From Candidatus Bathyarchaeota archaeon (GTDB lineage Archaea > Thermoproteota > Bathyarchaeia > Bathyarchaeales > Bathycorpusculaceae), in contig CAWEPZ010000002.1 of assembly GCA_963811105.1 (NCBI GenBank), forward strand, positions 96,001-160,000: a stretch of DNA of 64,000 nt, in the 5' to 3' direction. Shown here one piece after another: positions 10,160-20,922 of the stretch (the first letter of the stretch is position 1; each line of letters opens with the position of its first letter). The notes under the pieces were generated by a model. The model was not told where the DNA came from and made no database searches. It saw only the letters and a list, made by a program, of their open reading frames with translations. The translations under genes and the position numbers were made by a program.

Positions 10160-10930
10160 TTGGAAACACAAAAATTTAGACTCATTGACATACTCTACGG
10201 CGTAATCATTCCACTCGTTCTAGTTCTACTTATCTTCCTTCTAGCAGTTTACGTAAACCCTGGCGGATCATACCACGTTCTCGGACTTACTGGTTTAACA
10301 GGTACCATCGGTGTCATTCTAACTCAGGGCTTTGCTCAAATGATCGTTCTCGGTGTTCCACTAGTACTAGGATTGCTCTGGAATAAATGGGCAGGCGGCG
10401 CAGCAGGCTTCATCATGGGAGGCGCTTATTATATGGCCAGCGCAGGGCTTTATAATGGATACTACGCTTATCTTGGCGTTGCTTATGCTAGTGATCCTAT
10501 ATACCACAACTTCTACGGCGACTTAAGCATGCTCTTCTACCTAGTAAATGCTGTCATCATCGGCTACATGGCAGGAGCATTAACAAACGGATCAACGAAT
10601 TTCAAACGAATGCTAGGCGCAGGCCTAACAGCTGCATCACTAACTGCAATAATACAAGTCTTCATGAACTACAACTACTCGCTTACATTTGCAGGTGCAT
10701 CTTCCACATCGGTATTGGACTATTCACCACGGAACATGGCTCATGGACTTTGGGCGGTTACAAATACAGGAATACACGTAAGTGGAGCATTCGTACCCTT
10801 CCAATATGACGTTGGGTCAATCTTGTACGGATTCACGTTAGCCTTCATACCAAGCATTGCCCTAGGCATAATCATACCAATCATTGCAAAAGTAATGATG
10901 TGGTATGGCATGCAGCCAATGAGGCATTAA
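10160..10930 (+). CDS. polytopic membrane protein, possible ECF S-component
   Basis: about six TM helices; GLLWNKWAGGAAGFIMG resembles the S-component G-rich helix pattern. Confidence 0.55.
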   Translation: METQKFRLIDILYGVIIPLVLVLLIFLLAVYVNPGGSYHVLGLTGLTGTIGVILTQGFAQMIVLGVPLVLGLLWNKWAGGAAGFIMGGAYYMASAGLYNGYYAYLGVAYASDPIYHNFYGDLSMLFYLVNAVIIGYMAGALTNGSTNFKRMLGAGLTAASLTAIIQVFMNYNYSLTFAGASSTSVLDYSPRNMAHGLWAVTNTGIHVSGAFVPFQYDVGSILYGFTLAFIPSIALGIIIPIIAKVMMWYGMQPMRH

Positions 10931-11018
10931 TAAAATCCCCTTCTTCTTTCTTTTTTAGTTTCAGCTACCGAAAACTCTTGCGGTTGGCTCCATCAAAGAT
11001 TTTAGGCAAGAATAGTTT

Positions 11019-12407
11019 TTACTTGAACTTTGATTTAGCCGCTTTGGACAGATAGAAAAAATATTTTTTTGTCGCTGCGTAACCCGACGCGACACCTTTA
11101 TGCCACATACGAAGTACATAGCTTGGTCGCATATAGAAGCTTGCAAAAGCTTTCTGATAGAGCTCTTCTAAATCTTTAAGGCTCAACGTCGGCGTCTCAA
11201 AAATCGGAGTAGTTGCATCATAATCGTCAAAGTTAGTTACCCTTAACCAACCGTTTTTGATAACCATGTCATACATAGGTGTACCAGGATAAGGTGTTGC
11301 AATGTTGTAGTATGCGATTTCGTCTGGGCTAATTTTCTCCGCAAACTTTATGGTTTTCATAGCCGACTCTTTCGTTTCGCCTGGAAAACCAAGAAGCACG
11401 TTAGGCGTCGGTCTTAAACCAAGTTCCCTAACCCAACCAACAGTTCGCTCTGTCATTTCTGGCGAAATTCCCTTATGCATATTATCTAAAACTTTCTGTG
11501 TTCCTGACTCAACACCAAACCATACAGAAACACAGCCCGTATCCTTCATTTTCTGCAGAAGCTCCTTTGTAACCATGTCAACGCGGGTACCGCAATTCCA
11601 TTGAATCTTGAGCCCACGTTTTTTAATTTCATCGCATAAAGCGACAGTCCTCACTTGGTCAACGGTAAAGGCGTCATCACAGAAAGTGTAATATTTTGCA
11701 CCAAATGTCTTGTAAAGATACTCAAGCTCATCTGCAACGTTTTGAACGCTTCGCATGCGGTATCTTCTTCCAAACATGCGCACGGCAGCGCAGAATTCAC
11801 ACCAGTAAACGCAGCCTCGAGTCGTTGTTAAATAAAACATGTCTTCTGCTTTTCGGATTGCTTCAAGATCCCAAAGATGCCTCGCTGGAAACGGCAGCTC
11901 ATCAAGGTTCTCAATGTATGGTCTGTCCGGGTTTACTTTGAACCCATCGCCATTTCGGACGGTAGTGCCAATAACGTCTTCATAACTTTTACCAGTAGCT
12001 ATTCTCTGCACTATTTCCAGTAATGTATATTCCCCTTCTTTCCTAACAACAATATCCAGCTCGGGACATTCTTGCAGAGTTTTCTCATTCCAAAAAGTAA
12101 CGTGGGGACCCCCAAGAGCAGTTACACAGTTCGGATGCACTTCTTTGGCAATCTTAATAATTTCTTTAGCCGAATTATATAGACGTGTAGCCGCAGTAAC
12201 TCCGACAAGGTCGGGATTACGTTTGGCAATTTCCCGTCTAAAATCATCATATCTGTAATCTGAGGCTTGACAATCAATGACTTCAACGTCAAAACCGTTT
12301 TTTTCCAAAACCGCTGCAAGATAACCTACACCTAGCGGTGGAAAAGGTGGATGTTGATGCGGTTTAGTACGATACGGTGGAACAACAAGAGTTACATTGA
12401 GCCCCAT
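11019..12407 (-). CDS. cobalamin-binding radical SAM protein
   Basis: PPLGVGYLAAVL, GGPH, TRGCVYWCEFC, FGVESG, ATPYPGT. Confidence 0.93.
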   Translation of the reverse strand: MGLNVTLVVPPYRTKPHQHPPFPPLGVGYLAAVLEKNGFDVEVIDCQASDYRYDDFRREIAKRNPDLVGVTAATRLYNSAKEIIKIAKEVHPNCVTALGGPHVTFWNEKTLQECPELDIVVRKEGEYTLLEIVQRIATGKSYEDVIGTTVRNGDGFKVNPDRPYIENLDELPFPARHLWDLEAIRKAEDMFYLTTTRGCVYWCEFCAAVRMFGRRYRMRSVQNVADELEYLYKTFGAKYYTFCDDAFTVDQVRTVALCDEIKKRGLKIQWNCGTRVDMVTKELLQKMKDTGCVSVWFGVESGTQKVLDNMHKGISPEMTERTVGWVRELGLRPTPNVLLGFPGETKESAMKTIKFAEKISPDEIAYYNIATPYPGTPMYDMVIKNGWLRVTNFDDYDATTPIFETPTLSLKDLEELYQKAFASFYMRPSYVLRMWHKGVASGYAATKKYFFYLSKAAKSKFK

Positions 12408-12514
12408 TATTCTCTTTCCTAAAGCTTTTTATCTTCCGCAAATACAGAGCGCCAAATCTTTAAAGCTTTCGAAAATGCACCAACCCAACGCTCAAAGAGC
12501 AGAATTTGTGGAAA

Positions 12515-13516
12515 TTAAAGTGGCAATCCCCAAAAGAATGGCCAGTAAAGCCCAACTACCACAATTATGGGCAAAACCAAGAGAATACAAAGTATTATAG
12601 ATAAGTCACGAATTTTTAAGGAGCGCAAAATCTTGTCTGCCGAAATTACTTCAATGGTGTCTCCGACAGTGTATCTTCCAGGCTTTTCCAACTGCACGTG
12701 CAAGGCACCTGCGATAGCTGCCATTTGCCATCCATGGTTTCTGCTTTGCACTCGTTTGTGGTCTCGGCGTGCGATTTTCCAAGCGTTTTTGTAATCGTCG
12801 CCTAAAATTGCCGCAGAAATAATCATTAGTGCCGTTGTAAATCGTGATGGAACGTAATTGATTATTGTGTCCAAGTTAGCAGAGAACCAACCCGTATTCA
12901 GATGCTCTTTATCTTTGAAACCAACCATACCATCCAATGTATTAACCGCGCGAAAAGCCACAGCGCCCGGCAAACCAAAAAAAGCAAAATAGATAAATGG
13001 CGATAGTTTAAAGTCAGTCAGGTTTTCAACCATTGATTCTATGACGGCTGAACCGATTTGTGGACCTGTTAGTAGGCTGGGGTCTCTGCGTGAGAAGTGA
13101 GCGTATTTTCTTGCCTCTGCTAAGTCGTTGTTTTGGATTGCTTTGGCAACTGCGACGGCACCGGCGGTTTCCAGCTTTATGCAGATTGTAAACTTGAAAA
13201 TTATTGTTGCAACAATTACATATGCGATTGCACCGAGAAATATGAATAGATATTTTAGCCCCAAATAGACTGGCACACTGATTGCTGCCATAACTATTAG
13301 AGCTAAGAAGACGCCTCCAATTTTTTCTATTTTTGCGTTGGCATTCTTGAAGTGGGGTTCTAAGGCTTCAGTTAATTTGCCAAGCCAAACGGTTGGATGT
13401 AGGTTGTAGATACGTTTCCAAGGCTTCCAGGGTGAAATGTCGCCGACAAATAAATCTAGAATTATGGCTGAAAGCAGTATGCTTATTCCTATTATCACAG
13501 GTGAGACTGTAATCAT
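12515..13516 (-). CDS. cbiB: adenosylcobinamide-phosphate synthase CbiB family
   Basis: HPTVWLG, ESMVENLTD, RAVNTLDGMVG, NYVPSR and SRNHGW motifs; alternative start ATG at 13621. Confidence 0.85.
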   Translation of the reverse strand: MITVSPVIIGISILLSAIILDLFVGDISPWKPWKRIYNLHPTVWLGKLTEALEPHFKNANAKIEKIGGVFLALIVMAAISVPVYLGLKYLFIFLGAIAYVIVATIIFKFTICIKLETAGAVAVAKAIQNNDLAEARKYAHFSRRDPSLLTGPQIGSAVIESMVENLTDFKLSPFIYFAFFGLPGAVAFRAVNTLDGMVGFKDKEHLNTGWFSANLDTIINYVPSRFTTALMIISAAILGDDYKNAWKIARRDHKRVQSRNHGWQMAAIAGALHVQLEKPGRYTVGDTIEVISADKILRSLKIRDLSIILCILLVLPIIVVVGLYWPFFWGLPL

Positions 13517-13728
13517 TGTAAACGTAAACTTCTTTTGGAAATTTATCCCTATCGATAACTTTCCAATAACTGGAGTCTTAGCAGCGTTGGCAGTGTCAAG
13601 CAATATGTCAATCTTTGTCATCAGTGGGCACTTTCCACTCACTGTTATAAGCTAATCCCGTGAAATCAATGTAATAGAGAAAAAGCAATTCTACAACAGC
13701 TTCTCTAAAAATTAAGGAGAAAAACAAG

Positions 13729-16269
13729 ATGAATAAAAGAAAGACTACAATAGCTACAGCAATAGTTTTAGCGTTACTAATGACGTCGCTAATACCATTG
13801 TCAAGCACAATACAACCAGTCAAAGCTCAACTATCCAAAACACAACCAAATTCTGGACCAATTCCAGCCGGAGTAACTCCCAATGCAACGGTGACAAGCG
13901 GAGCTTATCTCAGCTTTAGACCAAATCCTGTAGGTTTAGGTCAGTCAGTCTTGGTTAACATGTGGATCACGCCAGCCCCTGAAGCCATGAGAATGTTCCT
14001 AGATTTCAAAGTCACAATCACAAAACCTGATGCCACCGTAGAGACCCGAACACTTAATTCATATACTGACGACGGAACAGCCTGGTTTGAGTATACACCC
14101 GACCAAACTGGAACATGGAAATTCAAGTTTGATTTTCCTGGAACATTCTTCCCAGCAGGTAACTACTTGAGCGGATATATCGTAGCTAATTCCTCAGGCA
14201 CCGCTTACACAGGCACAAACTATTACACACCCGCATCAACTCCAGAACAAACGCTGACAGTACAGAAAGATTTGGTGGCTTCCTGGCCTCAAGCAGCATT
14301 ACCAACTGACTACTGGAATAGACCAATAAACACTGAAAACAGAGAATGGTGGGTCATAGGTGGAGACTTTCCATGGCGAGGTCCGGGAGGCGGCCCAACA
14401 TGGGATCAACTCTATCCGAACACAACTCCCTACTGGAGCACTAGTTATGCTTTTATACCATGGGTTCAGGGACCTAACAGTGCACACATTGTTTGGAAAC
14501 GCCAAGGAGCATTCGGAGGATTAATAGGCGGAGACAACGGCTACACATCCTATACTTCAGGCGGCGGTAACCCGAATATTGTTTTTCAAGGAAGATGCTA
14601 TCAATCAATCACGAAGGTAATGCCTACTACAGTTAACGGCTCTGTTCTAACTATGCCTGTAAGCGTTTGGCAATGCTATGATTTGCGGACTGGAGAAATT
14701 TTCTGGGAGCAAACAGGCGTTAGCGCGCCAACAGTAATAGAGTACTCCAAAGGCTCAGCAGGACCGGTAGCTGGCTCTGAATTCGGGATCAGTGCAAGTG
14801 CAAGCCTGGTATTCATTGGCAGCAGCAGGCTCATAAAATACAACCCCTTCACCGGAGCTGTCACCCTGAACATTTCAATCCCAGTATCATCAGCAACCTA
14901 CTACATGAACGGATACGCCTTCAGTGTGCAAACCATCAATGCCACGGCAAGTCAATACCGTTTAGTAAACTGGACAACTCAAGGAACGGACACTAACTTT
15001 GCAAATAGGATTGCAGGCAACGTTTCATGCTCCTACAGCCTTTCTGCTGACACGACGTGGGATTGGAATAGCGGCGTAGCAATTTGGACACGCACTTCAC
15101 GTGTAGCGCAAGCGCGAGTTGGAACAGCATTAACAGCGGTTAACCTCGAAACTGGTCAAATGCTATGGGACAAAATTATTCCCGAATACATGTACAACCC
15201 TATTTGCAACCTTATCGACCATGGTAAGCTCGCAGTTCTAACTGCATTGGGATATTACAACTTCTATGACGAGTTTTCAGGTCAATTACTAGGCAAAAGT
15301 GACTTATTCCCGTATCCATGGGACAAACCTGGCTTCGGAGCTTACGATTCAACTTCAGCCTACGGCATGTTCTTCCGAAACGCGTATTCAGCGATATATG
15401 CAGTCGATTGGCAAACCGGCAAAATAGTCTGGAAATACGAATCACCAAACAATCCTTATGAAACTCCATATACTGACGCGAATGGTACAGGTGTAAGTTC
15501 TTGGAACGGTGCCATTATGGTTGCTGACGGAAAAGTTTACGCTTCAAACACTGAACACACACCGAGCCAGCCAATCACCAGAGGCTGGAGACTCCACTGC
15601 ATCAATGCAACAACTGGCCAAGGAATATGGAATATAAGCGGCTCAATGGGAGTCGGCGCTGTTTCTGACGGCTATTTCACCGCATCTAACTCTTATGATG
15701 GGTACATGTACGTTTTCGGCAAAGGCAAGACCACCACAACCGTAACTGCACCTAATATTGTAGTGCAAAAGGGAACAGGCATCGTAATTCAAGGCACAAT
15801 TCTCGATATTTCACCCGCTCAACCAGGCACCCCAGCAGTCTCAAAAGACTCAATGAGTACAGAGATGCAATACCTCCATATGCAATACCCTATCGACGGA
15901 ATCTGGCATAACGAATCAATAACTGGAGTTCCAGTGACCTTAACCGCACTTGATTCTAACGGCAACTCTGAAAACATTGGAACAGTTACAACAGACGGAT
16001 ATTACGGCACTTTCAGCAAGACCTGGACTCCACCAATCGAAGGAGACTACAAGATTATCGCTTCTTTCGCAGGAGACGATTCCTATGGCAGCTCGTCTGC
16101 AGCAACCACTATTTCAGTCGGCACAGCAGCGGCAACACCAACCGCAACATCAGCTCCAGTTCAAGCAGCACAAGACACCACACCTCTTATGGCTGCAACA
16201 TTTGGAATAATAATAGCAATCGCAGTAGCCACTGCATTGATACTTCTGACGTTAAGAAGACGATCATAG
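13729..16269 (+). CDS. large secreted PQQ-like beta-propeller surface protein with C-terminal TM anchor
   Basis: signal peptide, PNPVGLGQ, LPTDYWNRPI, VADGKVY repeats, Ig-like C-terminal part, T/A-rich linker, TM plus RRRS. Confidence 0.8.
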   Translation: MNKRKTTIATAIVLALLMTSLIPLSSTIQPVKAQLSKTQPNSGPIPAGVTPNATVTSGAYLSFRPNPVGLGQSVLVNMWITPAPEAMRMFLDFKVTITKPDATVETRTLNSYTDDGTAWFEYTPDQTGTWKFKFDFPGTFFPAGNYLSGYIVANSSGTAYTGTNYYTPASTPEQTLTVQKDLVASWPQAALPTDYWNRPINTENREWWVIGGDFPWRGPGGGPTWDQLYPNTTPYWSTSYAFIPWVQGPNSAHIVWKRQGAFGGLIGGDNGYTSYTSGGGNPNIVFQGRCYQSITKVMPTTVNGSVLTMPVSVWQCYDLRTGEIFWEQTGVSAPTVIEYSKGSAGPVAGSEFGISASASLVFIGSSRLIKYNPFTGAVTLNISIPVSSATYYMNGYAFSVQTINATASQYRLVNWTTQGTDTNFANRIAGNVSCSYSLSADTTWDWNSGVAIWTRTSRVAQARVGTALTAVNLETGQMLWDKIIPEYMYNPICNLIDHGKLAVLTALGYYNFYDEFSGQLLGKSDLFPYPWDKPGFGAYDSTSAYGMFFRNAYSAIYAVDWQTGKIVWKYESPNNPYETPYTDANGTGVSSWNGAIMVADGKVYASNTEHTPSQPITRGWRLHCINATTGQGIWNISGSMGVGAVSDGYFTASNSYDGYMYVFGKGKTTTTVTAPNIVVQKGTGIVIQGTILDISPAQPGTPAVSKDSMSTEMQYLHMQYPIDGIWHNESITGVPVTLTALDSNGNSENIGTVTTDGYYGTFSKTWTPPIEGDYKIIASFAGDDSYGSSSAATTISVGTAAATPTATSAPVQAAQDTTPLMAATFGIIIAIAVATALILLTLRRRS

Positions 16270-16439
16270 ACTTTCCAACAAGAATCTCACTATCCCTTTT
16301 TATTTTTTTCAGCTTCAAATTCTATTTCTATCTCCATTTGTTTGTTGCTATTAGCTTTCAATCTAGCCGTACATTCTTATATGCACCAGAAACAAATACA
16401 AAGACAAACCAAAAACCCAAACCACGGTGACAGCCAAAA

Positions 16440-17090
16440 ATGTCTAACGTAGTTGTCTCATTATCAGGCGGAAAAGACTCAGTTTATGCTTTATACACTG
16501 CATTAAGAGAAGGATTAAACGTAACTCACCTGATGTTCATAATGACTGGCGGCAAGGGGCACTTAGAAAACAAATCGATGCTTAAGCTGGTTTCGGAAGC
16601 CATTGGCATACCCTCAATCGTAGTTGGCAGAAAACCAGATGACATAAGAAAAGCCCTTAAAAAAATCAACGCCGACATGTTGGTTTCTGGTGTCATGACT
16701 ACTCCCGAGCACCTGGAATACTACAAAGAAATTCTTGACCCTATCAACGTTAAGCAGTACGCGCCTCTTTTTGGCAAAAACCCATTGGTTTCACTAGCTG
16801 AGATGCAGCAATTAGGATTCCATAATCTTATCATCGAAATTGACGCCGCGTTGGGGTCAAACAAGAACTGGCTTGGACGGGAAATTGACCAAGGAGTAAT
16901 AGATGAAATCACCGAGTTGGTGAATAATAAGAAGATGAACCCAATAGGTGAATGGGGCGAATACCACACAATCGTCGTTGACAGCCCAATCTACAAGAAA
17001 AAAATCCAAGTTGAAAAATCCAAAACTGCCTGGAAAGGCACCAAAGGGTACTTTATAATCAAAAAAGCATCTCTGCAACCAAAGAATTAA
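16440..17090 (+). CDS. diphthine-ammonia ligase-like PP-loop ATPase (DUF71), divergent paralog
   Basis: SLSGGKDS, WLGREID and GEWGEYHT motifs. Confidence 0.85.
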   Translation: MSNVVVSLSGGKDSVYALYTALREGLNVTHLMFIMTGGKGHLENKSMLKLVSEAIGIPSIVVGRKPDDIRKALKKINADMLVSGVMTTPEHLEYYKEILDPINVKQYAPLFGKNPLVSLAEMQQLGFHNLIIEIDAALGSNKNWLGREIDQGVIDEITELVNNKKMNPIGEWGEYHTIVVDSPIYKKKIQVEKSKTAWKGTKGYFIIKKASLQPKN

Positions 17091-17179
17091 AGACAAATTC
17101 TATTCTCTTTTCTTACCTCACTCTAATCTGCACAAAGTTTTTTAGAATGTATTCGTCTTAAAAAACGAAGGCTTCTATT

Positions 17180-17818
17180 ATGAATAAAAAACTGATTGTG
17201 GTAGTGTTTTCGATCTTTCTGATGTTAAGCTTAATTGGCATTGCATCCGCCCAATTGACCGTTGGCGTGAAAGCAGGTGATTGGATTCAATATCAAGTTT
17301 CCTTCACCGGCACGCCTCCCGATCCCAGTCACTCTGTAGTTAGCGCAAACATGACCGTCTTGGGCGTTCAAGGAACAGCAATAAATGTCAACATTATTTC
17401 AACATTGTCAAACGGCACCCAACTCTCAACCGACTCTACACTTAACTTGCAAACTGGACAGTTAATCGATAATTTCATCATTCCAGCTAACTTAGCAAAA
17501 GGTGACCAATTCTACGATTCAAACGTGGGTAACATAACAATTGCAAACGTTTATGAGGGGACGTACGCAGGCGCAACAAGAACAGTTGTTAACGCCACAA
17601 GCGGCAGTAACACCTACGTGTGGGATCAAACAACAGGCATCGATGTTGAAGGCTTCTCAAGCGGCACAAATTACACAATGCATACTTTAGTTGTTGCAAC
17701 TAATATTTGGCAATCACAAGTTCCAGAATTCAACACAACAATCATTGGCTCAATTACCATCATTGGAGCAATTGCTGTCGTAACAGTGGCAGTCGTCTTA
17801 ACACGCAAAAGAAAATAA
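17180..17818 (+). CDS. secreted hypothetical protein with PEF-CTERM-like C-terminus
   Basis: signal peptide, VGVKAGDWIQY, several NxT/S sequons, VPEF then TM then RKRK. Confidence 0.75.
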   Translation: MNKKLIVVVFSIFLMLSLIGIASAQLTVGVKAGDWIQYQVSFTGTPPDPSHSVVSANMTVLGVQGTAINVNIISTLSNGTQLSTDSTLNLQTGQLIDNFIIPANLAKGDQFYDSNVGNITIANVYEGTYAGATRTVVNATSGSNTYVWDQTTGIDVEGFSSGTNYTMHTLVVATNIWQSQVPEFNTTIIGSITIIGAIAVVTVAVVLTRKRK

Positions 17819-17902
17819 TCAAAAAAATCATTCCACCCTTTTATTTCAAGCAGTTAAAGTTTGAAAATTGCAGCAAATTTTACTTACAAAACAGGTTTAG
17901 CA

Positions 17903-19378
17903 TTACTTTAACTGTTTAGCTTTCGCCCTTTGTCTTTTGAAGAGAATTCCTACCGCATTCTTAGGATTACGCATAGCCCTCAAAACTCGGTCACGAGTCA
18001 CCGTTGGGTTAACCAAATTCGCTTCTGCAGCTAAACACCGCAAGTCATCAACTGTGAACTCTGGGGTTTCGATTAGCGGCTGCACTTCAGAAAGCGCATC
18101 ATCGCTGAAGTCAGAAACTAAAAAGCCACCTTCTTTGGCTTGCCTATAAAGTTCAGTGCCGTAGAGTGGCGTAGCATAGCTGAAATAGAAGTATTCAGCC
18201 CCCAACCCCCGAAGTTTATGAGCGAACTTGATTGTCTCGGTCATATCCTTTTTTGTTTCACCAATCATGCCCAAAATAAAAAAGCAACCGACTTTAATGC
18301 CCAACTTATGCGCTGCGCGCACAACTTCTTCTACTTGTTGTAGGCTCTGTTTCTTCTTGATAACATCGTCAACAATGTGTTGGACACCGGATTCAGGAGC
18401 GACCAAAATCTTCTGGCAGCCAGCAGCCCGCATTTTCGCCAAAAGCTCAGCATCAAGCGAATCCGCCCTGACACCGTTTGGCGTACACCATTCAATATGA
18501 AGGAGTTTCTGCACCAGCAGGTCACAGATGGTTTCTAGACGTTTCCTATCAAATGCTATGTTATCATCCAAAAAATCAATCTGCTTAATACCATAAGTTC
18601 TGACAATTTGCTCAATCTCAGCAACCACGTTTTCGGCGCTTCTTGCACGCCACTTCCTGCCCATCACGATATTGTTTGAGCAGAAAATACACCCATAAGG
18701 GCAACCACGACTTGTAAGCATTCGTATAGACGGTTTCTTTAGGTTGCCGCTGATTGGAATTTTTTTTGCCGCTTCAAAAAACTGCTTCATAGGCAATAGA
18801 TGCCTAGCCGGGAAAGGTAAGACGTCTAAGTCCTCAATAAATGGTCTTGGTGCTGTAATAGTAATTTTTCCATTTTGGATAAACCCGATTCCCTTCACTT
18901 GCGCCAAATCAGCAGCGTTGATCTTCTCAAGTGCGTTTGCTAACTCAGCCACTGTCAACTCAGGCTCGCCGATTACGACATAATCAACATTTTCTTGTTT
19001 AAGGCATTCGTTAGGTCTAGCAGAAGCGTGTAATCCGAAAAGTGCAACCTTAATTTCGCGGTCAACGCTTTTCACCGTAGCTGCAACTTCGAAAGCTGCA
19101 GTTGCCCAACCTGAAAATGGGACTGAAATCAAAACGAGCCTAGGGCCAAAGTTCTTGATCCGCTCAACTATAATCTCGCTCTTAAGCCCTTGACGATATT
19201 TTGACCCGCTAATTTCCTCCAGCAGATTCCACCCTTCATTTGGTACGTCAATAACTAGTACTTCCTGTTGCTTCTCAAGAACGGCAGCTACATATGCCAA
19301 GTCCATGGGTTGGTAAACGCTTGGTTTCCCCCAAGCTTTGGGTTGAATTCTTGGCGGATTAATGAGGCAAACACGCAT
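17903..19378 (-). CDS. cobalamin-binding radical SAM protein
   Basis: PMDLAYVAAVL, GLHAS, SRGCPYGCIFC, APESG, ATPLYGT. Confidence 0.92.
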   Translation of the reverse strand: MRVCLINPPRIQPKAWGKPSVYQPMDLAYVAAVLEKQQEVLVIDVPNEGWNLLEEISGSKYRQGLKSEIIVERIKNFGPRLVLISVPFSGWATAAFEVAATVKSVDREIKVALFGLHASARPNECLKQENVDYVVIGEPELTVAELANALEKINAADLAQVKGIGFIQNGKITITAPRPFIEDLDVLPFPARHLLPMKQFFEAAKKIPISGNLKKPSIRMLTSRGCPYGCIFCSNNIVMGRKWRARSAENVVAEIEQIVRTYGIKQIDFLDDNIAFDRKRLETICDLLVQKLLHIEWCTPNGVRADSLDAELLAKMRAAGCQKILVAPESGVQHIVDDVIKKKQSLQQVEEVVRAAHKLGIKVGCFFILGMIGETKKDMTETIKFAHKLRGLGAEYFYFSYATPLYGTELYRQAKEGGFLVSDFSDDALSEVQPLIETPEFTVDDLRCLAAEANLVNPTVTRDRVLRAMRNPKNAVGILFKRQRAKAKQLK

Positions 19379-19489
19379 GTTAATTACCGAAATACTCTTT
19401 GGCTTTCAACTAGGGTTGAGTCTTTCTGAAATACCTTTAGTAAATAAAGTCACGGTTGTTTTTAGGGATAAAAAAGCAGTTCAAAAAGC

Positions 19490-20884
19490 TTAGAAATGTG
19501 CTTTGATTCGCCAAACAAGATGATTCAAAGCAACCCTAGCCATGGTCCGACTGTAAAAGTTCTGTTTAAACATGTTCCTAAATACGTATTTGGGGGTATA
19601 GAAACTATCGTAAAATTCTCTTCTCAGCTTGCAAGCTTCTTCATCTGACAAAAGTGGGTTCTCAAAAACAGGCGTAGTTGTGTCGTAGCGTTCCCAGTCG
19701 GTGGACATTTTCAAACCCATCTTCTCAACAAGCAACCGCAGGTCAGTGCCTGGGTAAGGTGTAGCAATGCAAAGGTAAACGTCATCAGGTTCTGCTCGTC
19801 TGAGGAAATCTAACGTTTCCTTGCGCATCTCAGCTGTTTCGCCTGGGTAACCAATAATGATGGATATAGCTACAAACAAACCAGCTTTCTTAGCCATTTT
19901 GATAGCTGCCTCATTCTGCTCAACAGTGGTACGCTTTTTAACCCAATCCAAAACGTCCTGGCAACCAGATTCAGCTCCAAAAAACACTTGTTGGCAGTTT
20001 GTTTCTTTCATTTTAGCTAAGACTTCTTCGGAAATCTGGTCAACGCGAGTCTGGCAATCCCAGGGAATATCAATCTTGCGAGTTTTTATTTCATTGCAAA
20101 TTTCAAAAATCCGTTTTTTATCAAGCGTCAAAGTATCATCGTAGAAGGTGAAAGAATCGGCATGGTATTCGTTTTTGAGTAGTTCAAGTTCGTCACCGAT
20201 GTTTTTGGCGGTTCTGGCCCTGTACTGTTTGCCTAAGATGCGTGAGGTCGTGCAAAATGAACATTGAAAAGGGCACCCTCTGCTGGTAATTACCGGGAAA
20301 AACAACTTTCCAAAAAGCCTATAACTGTCCAATGGAAACTGCTTGTAGGCTGGAAAAGGCAATTCATCAAGGTTTTGAATGTATGCTCGCGTTGGGTTTT
20401 GAAGAATTTGTCCTTCTTTCCTAAATGTTATGCCCTCAACATCGTTGAGGCTTTCTTGGTTTGTGATTTTCCCTGTTAATTCTAAGAGAGTTTGCTCTCC
20501 TTCGCCTCTAACTACGATATCAACCGATGTTTCTTGGCTAAGGATTTCTTTGTCCATGAAGGTAGCGTGTGGCCCGCCTAGAACTATTGTTGCGTTTGGG
20601 CATGCTTCTTTAGCTCCTTTCGCGGCAAGCATGGTTGAAGGTACCATAGGAGTCATGGAACTGATACCGATTACATTTGGGTTAAATGCGGAAAGTTTTT
20701 GCTTTAATTTTTCTTGGTCAATGTCCGATGCCAAACAGTCAAAAACCAAAACTTCATTGCCTTTCTGCTCTAAAACAGCCGCCAAATAAGCTAAGCCAAT
20801 AGGTAAGTATGGGTGATGATGGAAAACTCCCTTCACGGGTGGCGGATTAACTAATGCTACTTTAGCTGTTTTGCTCATTTTCAA
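19490..20884 (-). CDS. cobalamin-binding radical SAM protein
   Basis: PIGLAYLAAVL, GGPHAT, SRGCPFQCSFC, GAESG, ATPYPGT. Confidence 0.93.
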   Translation of the reverse strand: MKMSKTAKVALVNPPPVKGVFHHHPYLPIGLAYLAAVLEQKGNEVLVFDCLASDIDQEKLKQKLSAFNPNVIGISSMTPMVPSTMLAAKGAKEACPNATIVLGGPHATFMDKEILSQETSVDIVVRGEGEQTLLELTGKITNQESLNDVEGITFRKEGQILQNPTRAYIQNLDELPFPAYKQFPLDSYRLFGKLFFPVITSRGCPFQCSFCTTSRILGKQYRARTAKNIGDELELLKNEYHADSFTFYDDTLTLDKKRIFEICNEIKTRKIDIPWDCQTRVDQISEEVLAKMKETNCQQVFFGAESGCQDVLDWVKKRTTVEQNEAAIKMAKKAGLFVAISIIIGYPGETAEMRKETLDFLRRAEPDDVYLCIATPYPGTDLRLLVEKMGLKMSTDWERYDTTTPVFENPLLSDEEACKLRREFYDSFYTPKYVFRNMFKQNFYSRTMARVALNHLVWRIKAHF

Positions 20885-20922
20885 TCCTGCACCAGATAAT
20901 TAGGAAAAGGAAGGAAATCAAC

